The position numbers were made by a program, and so were the translations under genes. DNA of 64,000 bases, taken from positions 123,070,001 through 123,134,000 of the forward strand of contig OZ336872.1 in the NCBI GenBank assembly GCA_965287045.1, read 5' to 3'. Source of the stretch: Carcharhinus amblyrhynchos (taxonomy: Eukaryota). Of the stretch, positions 25,548-39,255 are shown piece by piece; position 1 is the stretch's first letter; each line of letters opens with the position of its first letter. The notes under the pieces were generated by a model. The model was not told the origin of the DNA. It saw only the letters and a program-made list of their open reading frames with translations, and did no database searches.

Positions 25548-25657
25548 CTCATGACCTGACAAGTACACAGCCACACCTTCCCAGGATTTTTCAGTTGAAA
25601 TCTTCAAGTTTATAAAATATTTTAGCTGCTCATGTAATCTGGCCATAAAAGCAGTAC
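25548..25657 (-). CDS. XRN1: XRN1 exon 4 (110 nt)
   Basis: TAFMARLHEQLKYFINLKISTEKSWEGVAVYLSGHE; tag acceptor, GTAATT donor. Confidence 0.95.
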
Positions 25658-25889
25658 CTAAAACAGAACATACAAAATTATGAAAAATCCTATTTTATCC
25701 AAAAAAAAACTCTCGCTCTGCCCTCTAATGAGGGTGGAGTTTTCAGAATAAGTCCAGGAGTCAAAGCTCAGTGATTCTTATTCATATAACCAATATAGGA
25801 AAAGCAATGGAGCATTTCATTTATTTTTAAAAATAAGTGTTGGAGGCGTGAAGGGAACAAACAGAGTCTTGGCATGCCAAACAGCGCAA

Positions 25890-26117
25890 CATAAAAAATA
25901 TTTTTTTTCAGTATTTTAATTCTAATCGAAAAAGCCGATTCAAATCAAGTCCAATCACGGTCCCCACGAGGGACAGACCAGATCCAAACTGACAAACAGG
26001 ACATTGCATCCAATCGTGGGCTTAATCAAACAAGATCCAAGCTGACAGGTTGAGGCACTGCACCCCCTCCCGGGCTTGATCTAACACTTCATCTTAGCCA
26101 AAAAGGTTGAGATGGCT
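25890..26117 (-). mobile_element. U2 snRNA-headed short element (U2 5' fragment plus non-U2 body)
   Basis: Minus strand GCCATCTCAACCTTTTTGGCTAAGATGAAGTGT versus U2 GCTTCTCGGCCTTTTGGCTAAGATCAAGTGT, then an unrelated body with an internal repeat and an A-rich end. Confidence 0.7.
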
Positions 26118-27114
26118 TTGAAAATCTGCATCAGGTAGAGTCTTGGTTTAACCTCATGAGCTACCCTGATCCTTTACTCTACCCTAGCTTAGGCAAATCA
26201 CGATCTCTGGAGTCACCACACCCAAGGCTGAGAAGTCCTTATCTCAACCTGACCCACTCTAAGCAGGCAACCTTGACAGAAGCAAGAATCTAGAATGGAA
26301 AAATACTAAAATGCATACAATTTGCACATCAGCCTATTCATGTTTTGAACCTAATCTGATAAAGTGACTCATCACATCTGAAATATGCATCTTCCAGACC
26401 TCTTATCTGCAGCTGTTACTCCAGCATTACGAAGTAATGTTGCACATAAACTGCATGTTAACTGTTAATTATTAATGATAGTTAATATAGTCAGAGGTTT
26501 ACGGCATGGATACAGGCCCTTTGGCCCAACTTGTCCATGCCACCACCTTTTTTAAAGACTCTAAAGCTAGTCCCAATTGCCTGCATTTGGCCCATATCCC
26601 TCTAACAGTAGATTACATATAATCTAACAGTAGAATTCTACTTTCATGCTGTGACTAATTAGGATTCTTGCACTCATCATAAATTGAGGTATGAACATTT
26701 GATGCAACAAACAAAATTACAGCAAATACTCAGTTTAGGCTGTTCCTGTCCCTTTCAATGTATATTGTATTACTAGAGGGTTTTGGGCTCATAAAATACT
26801 TTTAAGTTCATTCTTTTATAGCAATTCCATTTTAGTTTTGAGAGTTTTAATATACTAACTTCCAAATGTACTAATTACATTAGAGAGAAAGCTTTTAAGA
26901 ATCCTTAATTAACACCAGGCAGACCTAAAAATCCAAACAATGGTGAAAGGTTATACAGTCAGTTCTTGGCTGAGCAACTAGCACAATCACTGAAAAAGAA
27001 CTGCAGTGTTTCCTTAATGTCTTTTCAAATCAATGCAAGGTCCTTTTGGCAAAAAGACTGTATTTTCATGTAGATGTTTTCATGTAAATGGTGAAGATTT
27101 ATGTTACTCATGCT

Positions 27115-27747
27115 TTCACCAAGACTGCCTATTTCCACCTTGAATTAGCCCCTGCCTCAGCTCATCCGCTGCTGAAGGCCTGGTTCCTGCCTTTTGTTAC
27201 CATTAGATTCAACTATTCCAACATACTTATGGCTGGTCTCCCACATTTTTCCCTCTTGTAAATTTGAGGTCATCCAAAACTTTGCCACCCAGGCCTCAAC
27301 TTGCTGCTAGACCCATTCCCCAATCATCGCTATGCTCACAATCACTGACTCCTGGTCAAGCAACACTTCACATTTAAAATTCTCATCCTGGTTTTCAATT
27401 CCCTCCATGACCTTGCCCATCCTCTCCAACCTACAACTCCACAACCCTCGGAGATATATGCACTTATTAATTCTGGTCGCTTGTGCAATCCCAATTCTAT
27501 CTGCTCCACCGTTGGTGACCATGCCTTCAATTGGCTAAGCCCCAATGTCTGGAATTCCCTCCCTACACCCCTCTCACCTTCCTCCTTTAAGACACTCCTT
27601 AAAACATATCTCATTGACAAATCCTTTGGACATCAAACCCTAGTTGCTATTTATGTAGCTCAGGGTCATACTTAAATTTTGTAGTGCTCTAATGAAGCAC
27701 CTTGGGGTGTTTTGTTATGTTGGAAGTGCTAAAAACATTTGCTGTTG
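27115..27747 (+). mobile_element. L2 LINE 3' end
   Basis: AFVT-RF-NYSN-LMAGLP-like RT C-terminus; L2 tail tggaattccctccct...aagacactccttaaaac...aagcaccttggg. Confidence 0.8.
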
Positions 27748-27762
27748 TGGAAAATGAAACTG

Positions 27763-27958
27763 AAATCAAAATACTGCAGATGCTGGAAATCTTAAATCAA
27801 AACAGAAACGCTGGAAACACTCAGCAGGTCTGGCTGCATCTACCAGAACAGAAACAGAGTTAATGTATCAAGTAGAGGATCTTTAGAAACATTAGCTTGT
27901 TTCTCATTCCACAGATTTTGTCAGAAGTGCCATGTTTCCTGTATTTTGTGTTTTTATT
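27763..27958. mobile_element. Foldback repeat, same family
   Basis: atactgcagatgctggaaatc...cagcaggtctggctgcatc with an inverted second arm. Confidence 0.7.
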
Positions 27959-28688
27959 AGAATCAATTTATTTCATAGTTCCAAAATCTTCAGCGCTTAG
28001 CATTCTGAATAGACTACCTTTTGATAAGTCTTCTGGCTGTTTCAGCTCCCATTAAAGGTTACAAGAAGTCACATATTAGTTGGAAGCTCTTAATACAATC
28101 AGGTTTCACCAGTCCCCAAACTAGGTGAAACATTAAGAAGATGCTTGAGCTTTTGTGCTGGAACTATTCTATATTAATGACTTAAAAATCAAGAAGCCAA
28201 ATTCTTACTTTTAATTAATTAATACTTCTAATGTAGTGCATCACTCAAAAAGAAATGCAGTTTTTTGAGCATCCACAACTACCTATCCAAAAAAGTTAAT
28301 TTATTTTTATGCAAGCTGAGACATTGTTATTGGACTTTGATAACAAGTAAAGCATCAATTCAAACTCAATGTATCAGGACAGGAAAATCAGACCAAATTT
28401 AACTTCCTAAACCGAGAAATATAAAAGACAATGGTAGTCTCCCTATCCTGATGTTGTCTCAGATGAGACCAGAAACTCAGCACCATTGGGGAAATACATC
28501 CAGTAAAGTATTTTTAGCACTACAAAAATCAGGTGAGGTTGCCAAGCTTCCAGGATCAGGTTATTAAAATCATTTGAATATGAGACTTTACAGGAAATGA
28601 ATTTATGCTATCTTATCCTGTACAATATGCTGTAATTTGTAATAAACATATAACGTTTGAAGAAAAAGTGGTTATGACTGGGCATTAC

Positions 28689-28786
28689 CTGGGGTAATAC
28701 AGTTGGAGTCAAATCTGGCCTCTGTTGGAAGGATTTCTCCTTTCTCTAACGCTTTTTTAATTTTCTCTTCTGCTTCCTTTGCTGAT
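28689..28786 (-). CDS. XRN1: XRN1 exon 3 (98 nt)
   Basis: SAKEAEEKIKKALEKGEILPTEARFDSNCITP; tag acceptor, GTAATG donor; phase 2 to 1. Confidence 0.95.
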
Positions 28787-31700
28787 CTACATTTAAGAAA
28801 ATTGTTATGATGCAACAAATCATATGGTGCAGAAAACAGATACATTCATAAATGAGGGAAAAAAGACTAAGTGTCGTGATCATCGATAACTGGCACGCTT
28901 CCCCTCCTTTAACATGGATAGGGAAAGAACAATTAGGGAGGCTACTGTGTGTTTAGCATGCATTAGTTACACTAAGTATCAAATATAATTCTTCAGACTT
29001 GTTGCTTTTTCTGATCTCCATAATCTGCTTCACTCAATGATAGCACAGCTTTACTCTCTGCATCCTAACCCTCGTGCACCTTAGTCACTTTGTTGCTTCT
29101 TACAGCTTTTGACCACATGTAAATATCCGTGCCTTTCTCCTTTCACTGCTCCCACCATGCCTTCCATCCTGCTCACTTCTGCCACACTACACCATTAAAT
29201 ACCGCCATGTCGTCTGATCCTCTACAAGATCCACTACTGACAACTCATTTCATCATATTCCCTACTGTGGTCCATCCAACTATGTAATTTTTTTTTCAGA
29301 ATGTGCAAAAAACATTCTAAGTAATTTTAACAACATATGGCTTAGTTGCTAGGTTCCCCATCTCCAAGGAGCAGAGGGAGTGTGTTTTGCCCCAGGGTGG
29401 GGGGGCACTTGTGAACTTACTTGCGACAGTAGCACTATACAGTTCAATGTTACCTCATCAGCCCCAGCAAAGGTCACAATCATGAATGCAGCTATTGTGC
29501 CGCCTTTATTCATAATTCACGATCCTCTTCCACTAGCCGGAATCCCACTCCCCTTCAGTATGCCCAAATCCAATAATTCTTTCACATCATGTTTCCATTT
29601 CCTGCTACCTCTACACCCTCAGTCAACCTTTGTCTCCCTCTTCAAACACACTATTCCCACAATCACCAAACTAGAACCTCTTTGCCATTATCAAGGCCCT
29701 CATTACAATCCTCCAACACCATAACAGCTTTCAACTCCTTCAACATTTCTCCCTCCTTCCCCAATCTAAGATCTTTTCTTCCCTCCTTATTTTTTTTAAA
29801 TACCTTCTAGTGGAAACATATCTCCATTACCTTTGTCTGGATCCTGAAATTTTACAATAAAGGCAATATGCAAAATTCATTATATATTTCTATCACTATA
29901 TTGAGCTAAAAAGTCTTGCATCTTGTAATCCATAGGTCAGACACTCAAGTTATTGGTACGGTTCCAATAACATTTTGCTAAACAAACATAAGAATTATGA
30001 GTACGACTAGGCAATTCAGCCCCTTAAGTCTGCTTCGTTACTCAATACGGTCCTGGTTAATCTCATCTCAGTCTCATTTCCCCCTTCCTGCCCGCTGTCC
30101 ACAATCCTTTGTTCCGCTACTAATTAAAAACCTATCTAAAGATTCAAGTCACTTAAACATGGTTTTTAACAAAATAACTATAAAAAAGCTCGGAAAAGAT
30201 AAAACGATATACAAAATTTATTTTAAAATCTAATAAGCAGGGCTACTGAGGTAGACATGAACTAATAGGCAAACTGTGATCAAATACATCAAATTGCACA
30301 GTAAATGACAAATGCAACCCAAACAGCTTTCACAGATTTTTCAACAACCCACCCCAGACATTAGTAACACCAGCCAACTATCTCACCAAACTCCCATCTC
30401 ATGAGGGATTCTAATCTTCACTCCTTTCAAAGATTCTGGGAGGGATTTTCCAGCTGAGCTCACCCCGAAACCAGAAAATCCCAGCCAAAGTCAACAGACA
30501 TTTCCACGGTCCAACCGCCCACCCGTCGCCTGCTCTGATTTCCATGGCAGGCGGAATGGGAAAATTCATTCCATCATCTTGGATGAATTTCCAACGTTTT
30601 GCTCCAGCTTGAACAGCTTCAATGATGGCCCATTTCACAGGCTTTCAATCTGTGTCCCAGGATTCCGTTGCCTTGGATTCCAGAATCTGCAATCAAATCC
30701 AACTCAAACATAATTTCAGTTCCCTGACCATGCCAAGCAGAATATTATTGCCCCACAAGGGATATGTTTGCCCCAAATTCCTACAGCATGGAGTCACCAA
30801 TCTTCAGCTGCCTGTTGGATCTTCAGGGCATCTCTTGAGCCACCTGCAATTATAACATTCAGACAGCATCCCAGTCCATCCCACAGCCTTTCAATCTCAT
30901 CAGCCGAGACTCCTTTTCCTAAATTGCCAAGTACTCTCTCATTCACCAAATTACAGCCACAATTTCAGATCTTCGCCCAAGCCAAGCAGAATATGACTGC
31001 TCCAAAGGGGTACCTTTGCCCCGTAACCCGCAACATTGGTTCACCAATCTTTGACTGACTTCTTCACTTAAAGTCTGTTTGCTGCAACCCTTTTGCTAAT
31101 TGTAACCGCTATCAATGCTGCTCTCTTTTTTCCCCTTAACCTAACTGGGTCCTGTTTCTTTCTTTCCTGGGACCCCTCACTGTCCCATGCCTGGGACACC
31201 TGTAGGTGATGGTGCATCCTAACATCGGTTTTCATACCATTTCCTTTTTCTCTCTTTTTCTCCAGCACACTGGGCCCAAAGAACTCAAATTACAGAACTG
31301 TGCACGTGCAGAAGTTCAAGGTCCTTAGGATTAGACAGATGTTCCTGATTTCAGAGCCCAACAAGTATGGTTTTCATAATAATCTGCACACAATTCAAAT
31401 CTACAAAACCTTTTTTCTATTGTCAATGTATGCCCTGCTTAACTATAAAGTTTATATATATACACTTATAAATGGAAATTTGTCCTGCAGATGCACCTTC
31501 CCATCCTTGCCAACATTATATTACTTCAATTTTGCTCCTAGCTTATACTGCAAAGAACTCCAGAGTCTGACAGATAATTATAGCACAGCACAAGGTCTTT
31601 TGACTCATTAGTTCTGTACCAGTTCTTTTTCAAATAACAATCCAGTTGTCCCACACTCCAGTTCTTCCCTTGCATTCCAGCTCTTTTTTCAAAAAAAAAC

Positions 31701-34242
31701 TTGCTTTTTAACTACAAATCCATGCATAAATAAAAAGTTATGCAAAGTAAGGTCAGAATATATGATTTTAAAATGGAGACTGCATTGAATCAATGCAATG
31801 GGCCAAATCATCATGCAATGGGCCAAATTATCCCTTGCCCTCCAACAATACGATGACTGTAAAGTACATTTGGCCTCGGCTCCCTGCATACAATGCCAAA
31901 ATTAACTAGCAATGTATTAAATTGGTGCAAGGTGAATGTTCCATTGAAAATTCCGATATATAAATCAGGTCTACGCAAAATCCCATCAATTTCAAATTCT
32001 TGGAGTTACAGTCTGTACTGCTGAAATAATTTTAAACTTTAGGCTTCCTTACTAAGGCCCAATGTTTATTCAGTGACAGTTGTACAAGATTTTTTAAAAC
32101 TGCATTAGATTTGCAAGTAATGTGGTAGGCCCTGACCACTAGGGGGTATTGTATTATTACTACTTTCCCTTTTAAATCATTCAAAATACTTCCTGCAAAT
32201 TTCACATTACCATTTTCTTGTCAGTAACAAATCATCCAGCGTCTAAAACAAAGCTTAAAACAAAACATTAAGAAAAATACATTTTTCACAATAATCATTT
32301 GTCTCTACACTTCTGTTGAAAGTTCAGAGTTAAAGGCCACATCTCAAAAGCATGGCTTGCAATTTAATATCTTTGCCCCGAACTATAAATCTGAAGCAAA
32401 CACAGATTGCATAGTTGGAGGATTCCCAATTTCCCCAAGATTAATTTGTACCATTCATTGGGGTAAAATATTTCTTCAACTATTATCAGTTTCTTCTCAG
32501 CTATTTTTCCCCAAATTATCTGGAAACAGTAAATTTAATTCTGATAAGATTTATTGAATTTTCTTTTAGAAAAAAGCACACTTTAAAAAAAAAAGTTTTG
32601 CGTTTAAAGCTCATGAAAAGGAACAATAGTTGCCAGTGACAGAGGAAGAGAGTCATAGTCACAGAGGTTTACAGCATGGAAACAAGCCCTTCGGCTCAAC
32701 TTGCCTATGCAACCCTTTTTTTCAAAAATCCCAAAGCTAATCCCAATTGCCCACATATGGTCTATATCCCTCTATACCCATCATGCCCACATAACTGTCT
32801 AAATACTTTTAAAAAGACGAAATTGTACCCGCCTCTACTACTACCTCTGGCATAGGTTTTCTGAAGGGTGGAGATAATGGCAGTTTTAAAAAGGAGTACC
32901 TGAGAAATTTGAACCACTTGAATTGTCAGTTGGCATGGGGCGAGGGAGGGAATTTAGGTGATCAGTGGTTTAGTGGAAAGAGATCAAAAGGTGGATCTCA
33001 TGAATAAGATGAGCTTGGAGGAGCAATGGGAAAGGATTATAGAAGAAAAATTAGAAACAAAGACTAGGAGTAGGGCAGATGAGAATCAGGTTTATTCTAT
33101 CCTTAGCATGAAATAGTACTTTCTGCCTTAATTCTAAAGGCCTAGCTCTAATTTCAAAGTTTATGTCCCCTCGTCTGGGTCCGTGCCATGAGGAAACAGT
33201 TGTATGTCCCAATTAAATACCTTAAATAAGATCAATCCCCAACACCTTAAACACAAGGAAATAAAAACCAAAATTATGCAACATGCTGTCATAAATGTAA
33301 CCCTTTAAACCATGGAAGCAGCAAGTTATAGACAGTTAAACATTTCCACAAATGACAAATCTGTTCAAAGCTCTATAGTCCTAACACATCTAGCCGTGAA
33401 TGGTGGTGGACAACTAAACAACTAACCAGAGCAGAAAGCTCGATAAACATTCCCATCCTCAATTTTGTAGGGGTTCAGCGCGTTGATGCAAAATACAAAC
33501 CGAAGCATATGCAACCAACTTCAGCCAAAAGTGCTGAATAAATAATCCATCCTGGTTTCTTCCTGAGGTCCCCAGCATTATAGATCTCAATTTTCAGACA
33601 ACTCAATTCATTCCGCATGATACAAAGAAACAACTAAAGGCTCTGGACCCTGATACATTCCAGCTGTTTGTGTTTCCAACAGGACCGCTCAGCTTCAGTT
33701 CTCAATTCCTGAGCTCAGAATGACTGCGCTCATAACTGCATTTGGGACAGTGGCATCAACAAGTCCTACCAAAATTGAAATCAATTAGATTAAGGAGAAA
33801 AATGCTCCACTGGTTGGAGTCATGCCAAGCAAAAAGATGGTTGTGATTGTCAGAGGCTACTCATCTCAGCTCCAATGAATGCCACTTCCCATTTATCATC
33901 CCTAACTTGAATCTTGTCCAGCTCTTGCTGCATTCAGGAATCATGTGGGACCTGACACAATGAAGGTACGCAGTCTTTGTGACCACAAAAGGCATCACAT
34001 CTGAGCTCAATCACTGACCTCCATATTCACAGGGACTTCTTTATAACTGGATATTAGCTGTAAGGAAAATCCCTAGATATGTTTCCATTCCCTAGCTCAG
34101 GGTTAATTGTAATGCCTCGTTAATGTCATACTGACAGACTGGGCTTTACTGGACATTGTAACTCAACTACTTACAAAATAAATTTGCAAAATGACTCCAG
34201 TGCCTTGACCATTTTTAACAGCCCATCAAAAAATTCTCTTAC

Positions 34243-34475
34243 CTAAAACGTCTGCCACGTTGTTGATTCATTTTTGCTCTTGGAGCCACACCATCAACTG
34301 CCATGAAGAAAACCTTCTTGGGCTTAATGATGCGAAATAGTACTTCCACATAGTGGAAAATATCAGCAATTATTTTTTCTTCGGAGATTCGAAAGTGCAC
34401 ATCTTCATCATTTGGGTGAGAACACTGATGGATAATTCCATTCATATCCAGATAGAGATTGTCAAATTCCGGAAT
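34243..34475 (-). CDS. XRN1: XRN1 exon 2 (233 nt)
   Basis: IPEFDNLYLDMNGIIHQCSH...AVDGVAPRAKMNQQRGRRF, containing catalytic D35 and D86 and the basic 5'-phosphate pocket; cag acceptor, AG|GTAAG donor. Confidence 0.97.
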
Positions 34476-35476
34476 CTGTAAAATTGAATACAGAAAACCA
34501 TGTAATGAGTGAATCATGCAGGATTAACAATTTATAACGAGCTAAAGTTTCCTATTTCAAGCTGACAGCATATTATATTACAGCACAGCTCATGGAAACA
34601 CAGCCAGTCTGTGCTCACATCACTAGACCAACCAATCAGAAGTACTATTGGAATAACGATATCAATTTGACTACACAGTCTTCACTAGTTTGTAATAGTT
34701 TAAGGGGAGATATTATTTTAAGGACAAAAAATGAAAACAGAAGTACATTAAAAGTACAAGTGGATCATAGTAATTAAGAAGATCAGGTATCAGTATCAAG
34801 AACTCACTTAGTGTCTAATGTTCCCATCAATAAACATCCTGTCACTACATACAATCACACAGCCAATTTTGCACATCCCACTGTTTGAAGGCAACATACA
34901 CCTAGCTAAGCCACACAAAAGTAGAAAGACCGACGTTGAAATTCTGACTTGTTAGCCAATTTGAGGAAATACGTGAAATATAATTGTCAGGATTTCTGAT
35001 TGAAAAGCTTGTCAAAAAAACTGTTCATGCTGACTTGAAGAGTGGTCAGTTAAATAAAGAATTAATCACTGCTCTGGAATTTCTCGTCTATCATTGCCTC
35101 ACAAAGTTGGAGCAACGGAAGACAATTTTCCAATTTAAAAAAAAATCACAATCTAGCTCTTACCAGCAGCAACATGGGTTTAAAAAAAATGAACAGTGGC
35201 AATAGTACAAGATACAATCTAACCTGTACAGATAACCATTTGTGATTATGTACAAACTGTTTACATTTTGCAACTTTGCCAAATATGTAACTAAGTTTCA
35301 CCCTGACAGTTTAGCTCCAACTTAGGGTGTTACACACTGACAATATCTTCAACAGAAATGCATTTCAGACTACGCTGCACGGAGAGGGAACAAGGTCATA
35401 CAGAGTGACGCCAGCACAAAATAAGAAAAATGAGTATTTTTTTTAAAACGCACAACAGTGTAGGATTAGGGTACAT

Positions 35477-35790
35477 GAACATAAGAAATAGGAGCAGGAG
35501 TAGGCCATCCAGCCCTTCGAGCCTGCCCCGCCATTCAATAAGATCATGGCTGATCTCTGTTGTGTCTCAGTTCCACATTCCCACCCTCTCCCCATAACCC
35601 TTAATCCCCTTGCCTATCAAAAACCTATCAACCCACGTCTTAAATATATTTAGCGAGGCAGCCTCCACCACTTCAACGGGCAGAGAATTCCAGAGATTCA
35701 CCACCCTTTGAGTGAAGAAGTTCCTCCTCAACTCCGTTCTAAACCGCCCCCCTTTTATCTTGAGGCTGTGCCCCCTAGTCCTACTGTCTT
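35477..35790 (-). mobile_element. CR1 3' end, same subfamily as 194-1600
   Basis: Near-identical to about 197-505. Confidence 0.92.
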
Positions 35791-35857
35791 CCAGAAGGTA
35801 TAGTCAGCACTGTGGCATGGGCTGTATTGAAACCAGAATGTTAAGGGAGGAGAAAGG

Positions 35858-35920
35858 AAGAGTTGCAGATGAGATCAAGAGTTGCAGATGAGATCAAGAG
35901 TTGCAGATGAGATCAAGAGT
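35858..35920. repeat. 19-bp perfect tandem repeat x3.3
   Basis: AAGAGTTGCAGATGAGATC three times, then AAGAGT. Confidence 0.95.
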
Positions 35921-38127
35921 CTTGCGTACAACTAGTCTACATCGAACACAGGTGAATGAATGTATTGCAGGTTTGCAGGAGGGTGGTGCACAAGATATTG
36001 CTTTGGAAAATTGCGTCAGAAGACGACAAGCAAATTCTTCCCTCCAATTCAAGCCTCTTTGATCATCATTTACTTCCTTTGCCCCACTGTTACCTCCCCA
36101 AATCTCTAAGGGGAGGTAACCTTTAAATGGATTCTGAAAACCTACCTTGGTGACTAACCAGCCCAAGTATCTCCTTTTTGGCTCAGCATCAAATATTGCT
36201 GTCTGATTATGTTTGGATGAATCCCTTGGAGATGTTTTGTTACCTTGAAGACATAAACTGATGTTCTGTTCTTCCATTTTGAAACAAGCAATCTACCATC
36301 GAAATTGTAGTCAGTTTGTTATCTAAGGTTTCACTGCCTTGCAGCAGAATAAACATGAACGAACTGTATACACCCATTATTAGTGCTTAAATTATCAGAA
36401 GCTTTCTGGGCTTTAACTGTCAATTTTAACAACTAATGTAACAGATTTAACAACAGTAACAATGGTGAAACTATCAGGTTTACTATCATTACTCCACTGA
36501 AAACAACAGCAACTTCCAGAGTCCATGTGCACACGAGAATAATGTGAAAACCTGGAAGTTGCCATCAGGTTGCATGCTTGCCTGTAGGGTACACTGCTGA
36601 AATACCTCTGCGGCTGCAAGCAATTAGAAATCAGTGAACTGACAACTTCTTCCCTTTTTACATCATTACTATAAAAACACTTGAAAAAGTTACACATTGT
36701 TGAATATGGTCAAACTGTTTTTTTTAAGACAGCGATACTGATTTCATCATTACTGCAAAGAAACCTTAAAAACAAATTTTACATTTGTGGAATAGCTTTT
36801 TTCCCCCCCAATTTGATTAGTCCACATTATTTTTTTAAGTTTATTGGGTATTTCAATTTCTACCATAAACTCATGCACATGTTCCATTTATTTTACTCTT
36901 TACAAAATGTAATTAAAAGTAAAGGATACTGGGTGATTTTTATTTCCTGGTTTGCTGTTTGTGAAAATCCTTCAAGATGATTGTCTGTTTAGCCTGCTCA
37001 ATTACATAATCATTACTGGCAACCTGCGGACCACTAACTTGGCATCATTTTCAAATCAATATCTGGAATAGAGTAATACACGCTACATGCCCCATAGGCA
37101 GTGCTAGATCTCTGAGCAGCCTTCCTCAAAGTCAGTGGTGAGCATCGTGATTTGGCTCCTGACTGTGAAATCTAGAGCAACATGGCATTGTCCTGGATTT
37201 CAGGAAGGTATCCACACTTGCCAACTGTATAGGGAATTCACGGGCATAGCTAGATAGCAGAATTAGTAAGAATACATATCTTGGTGCAGAGCAAGATTTA
37301 ACTTGGAAGTGTTAAAGCAAAGACTAAGGGTTGGACTGGTTTTATATGCAAACAGGTATGCAATAAGAGAAGTGAAATAAGAAACTGTGTATTTGAACAC
37401 AATCAGAACTGTCTCAAAACTTGAAGTGCTGGGAGGGGTTCAAGTTACAGGGCCACCAAGTGTCTGGAAATTGACAGTGGATGTACATTAACATTTAGTG
37501 AATCTCATCTCTATACATTAACTAGTTGGGGCTATTAATATGCATCTTAGACATATCAAAACCGGAATTATGCCATGTAATATTCTTGTTTAACAGTTTC
37601 CAAGCATTATGCTTAACCTCCAGGAAAATATGTTTCAATGGGACAGAGTGTAAAGGTCAAACTATAAGAACTCAATGACGGCCTATGTAGAAGTGGCTCA
37701 TTCTGAGGGTTCACATCTCTTGTTGCAACAATATAGAAGTCTGTTGAAATTCTGCATCCAGTCAAGGTCTGTGTGGTTGCTGTGTTTCTCTAGGCCACCT
37801 CAATTCGGCAAATATTAGCCGTCCCTAAATTATACACCCGAATAGATTTTCCCCTCAACAGTGGGAAAATGTTTAATGCTGACTGTGCTACAACAGGCCT
37901 GGCAGTATCTGATTCTTGACAAATAGTGAAACATTCCCTCAAAAATAAGGATAGGAGAATTGCATACAATATATAGCTCAACCAAAGTAACATTAAAGAT
38001 GCAATTATATGCCATAAAAAACATGACCAAAATTATTCTTGTTCTAGCTTTGGATAACTAATTCACTGTAGCTTATCTGGAACCACATTATTCTCTCTTT
38101 TGGGAAGTCAGAGAATCACAAATTCAA

Positions 38128-38460
38128 GGGACGCAGAAGCATAATGGTATCGTCACTGGACTAATAATTTAGAAACCCAGGGTAATGGGTTCGAATCCCA
38201 CCACGGCAGATGATTAAATTTAAATTCAATAAAAATCTGGAACTAAGCATCTAATGATGACCATGAAATCATTGTTGATTAATGTAAACCCCCCTCCAGT
38301 TCACTAACGTCCTTCAGGGAAGGAAATCTGCTTAGTTTGAGCTACATGTGATCCCAGACCCACAACAATGCTGTCTACTGCCCTCTGAAATGGCCTAAGC
38401 CACTCAGTTCAGAGGCAATGAGGATGGGAAGCAAAACCCACATCGTGCACGAATTTAAAA
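38128..38460 (+). mobile_element. Second tRNA-headed SINE family
   Basis: GGGTTCGAATCCC B-box; core GTTCACTAA(C/T)GTCCTT(C/T)AGGGAAGGAAATCTGC; LINE-like tail. Confidence 0.8.
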
Positions 38461-39094
38461 ATTCAAATTAAAAGCCTAGCAGTTAATACTTAAAAGTTGG
38501 AGAATTATTTTAATGTGTTAGGGAAGGCCTCCTACAAAGAATAAATCATGAGTTTTGAAAAGGTACTCCATGGCAGAAAGGATGGTGAGATCCAAACTGC
38601 TAAGACTAGTTTATGCTACGATTTTTAAAAAAGGTCGTTCAGGAATCAGACTTCAACTGCTGGAGTTCCTTTGGCATTCTCATTACAAGGGGAAACAGAT
38701 CACTAACTCTCTGCTTCAATGTGTTCCAGCAAAGCAAAATTTGCTCAAGCTGATAGTAAGTAAATGTAACTTGAGGATTTGAAACTCTCAAGCATGACTG
38801 GAATAAGTAACAGGTATATTCTCTTTCACTAGAGTGTTAAATGTTAAATGGCACTTCTCTGCTGAGGATTTCACAGTCTTGCATCAGATTTCACCATGAA
38901 AATGATGTGTTTTAAACTGAACTTCAAACATCACTGTTTTAATCACACTTAGAGAGTGTAATGATAAATTATTTTTTGTTCCTACAGGCAGTTTTGATAA
39001 TTAAAATCATTTTTAAAATTCTAGCTCTTCTAAACTTAACCTGGCAAAAAACAGTTGCAGTAACCCTGAAAAGGGAAATAGCTCCACTCCCCAA

Positions 39095-39255
39095 TAGAAA
39101 ATGCTGGAAATGGTCCCAACAGATCTGGCAGCTTCTGGAGATCTGAAAAGGTTAACTCAGTTTCTCTCTCCACAGGTATTGCCAGACCTGTTGAGTGTTT
39201 CCAACATTTTCTGTTTTTAATTCAGATTTTCAGTATCTGTAGTATTACTGCTTTT
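39095..39255. mobile_element. Foldback repeat, same family
   Basis: aaaatgctggaaat...gatctggcagc / ttctctctccacaggtattgccagacctgttgagtgtttccaacatttt. Confidence 0.7.

Noticed and set aside
26084-26117. Functional U2 snRNA gene
   Set aside because: Only about 33 nt with several substitutions; no Sm site or 3' stem-loops
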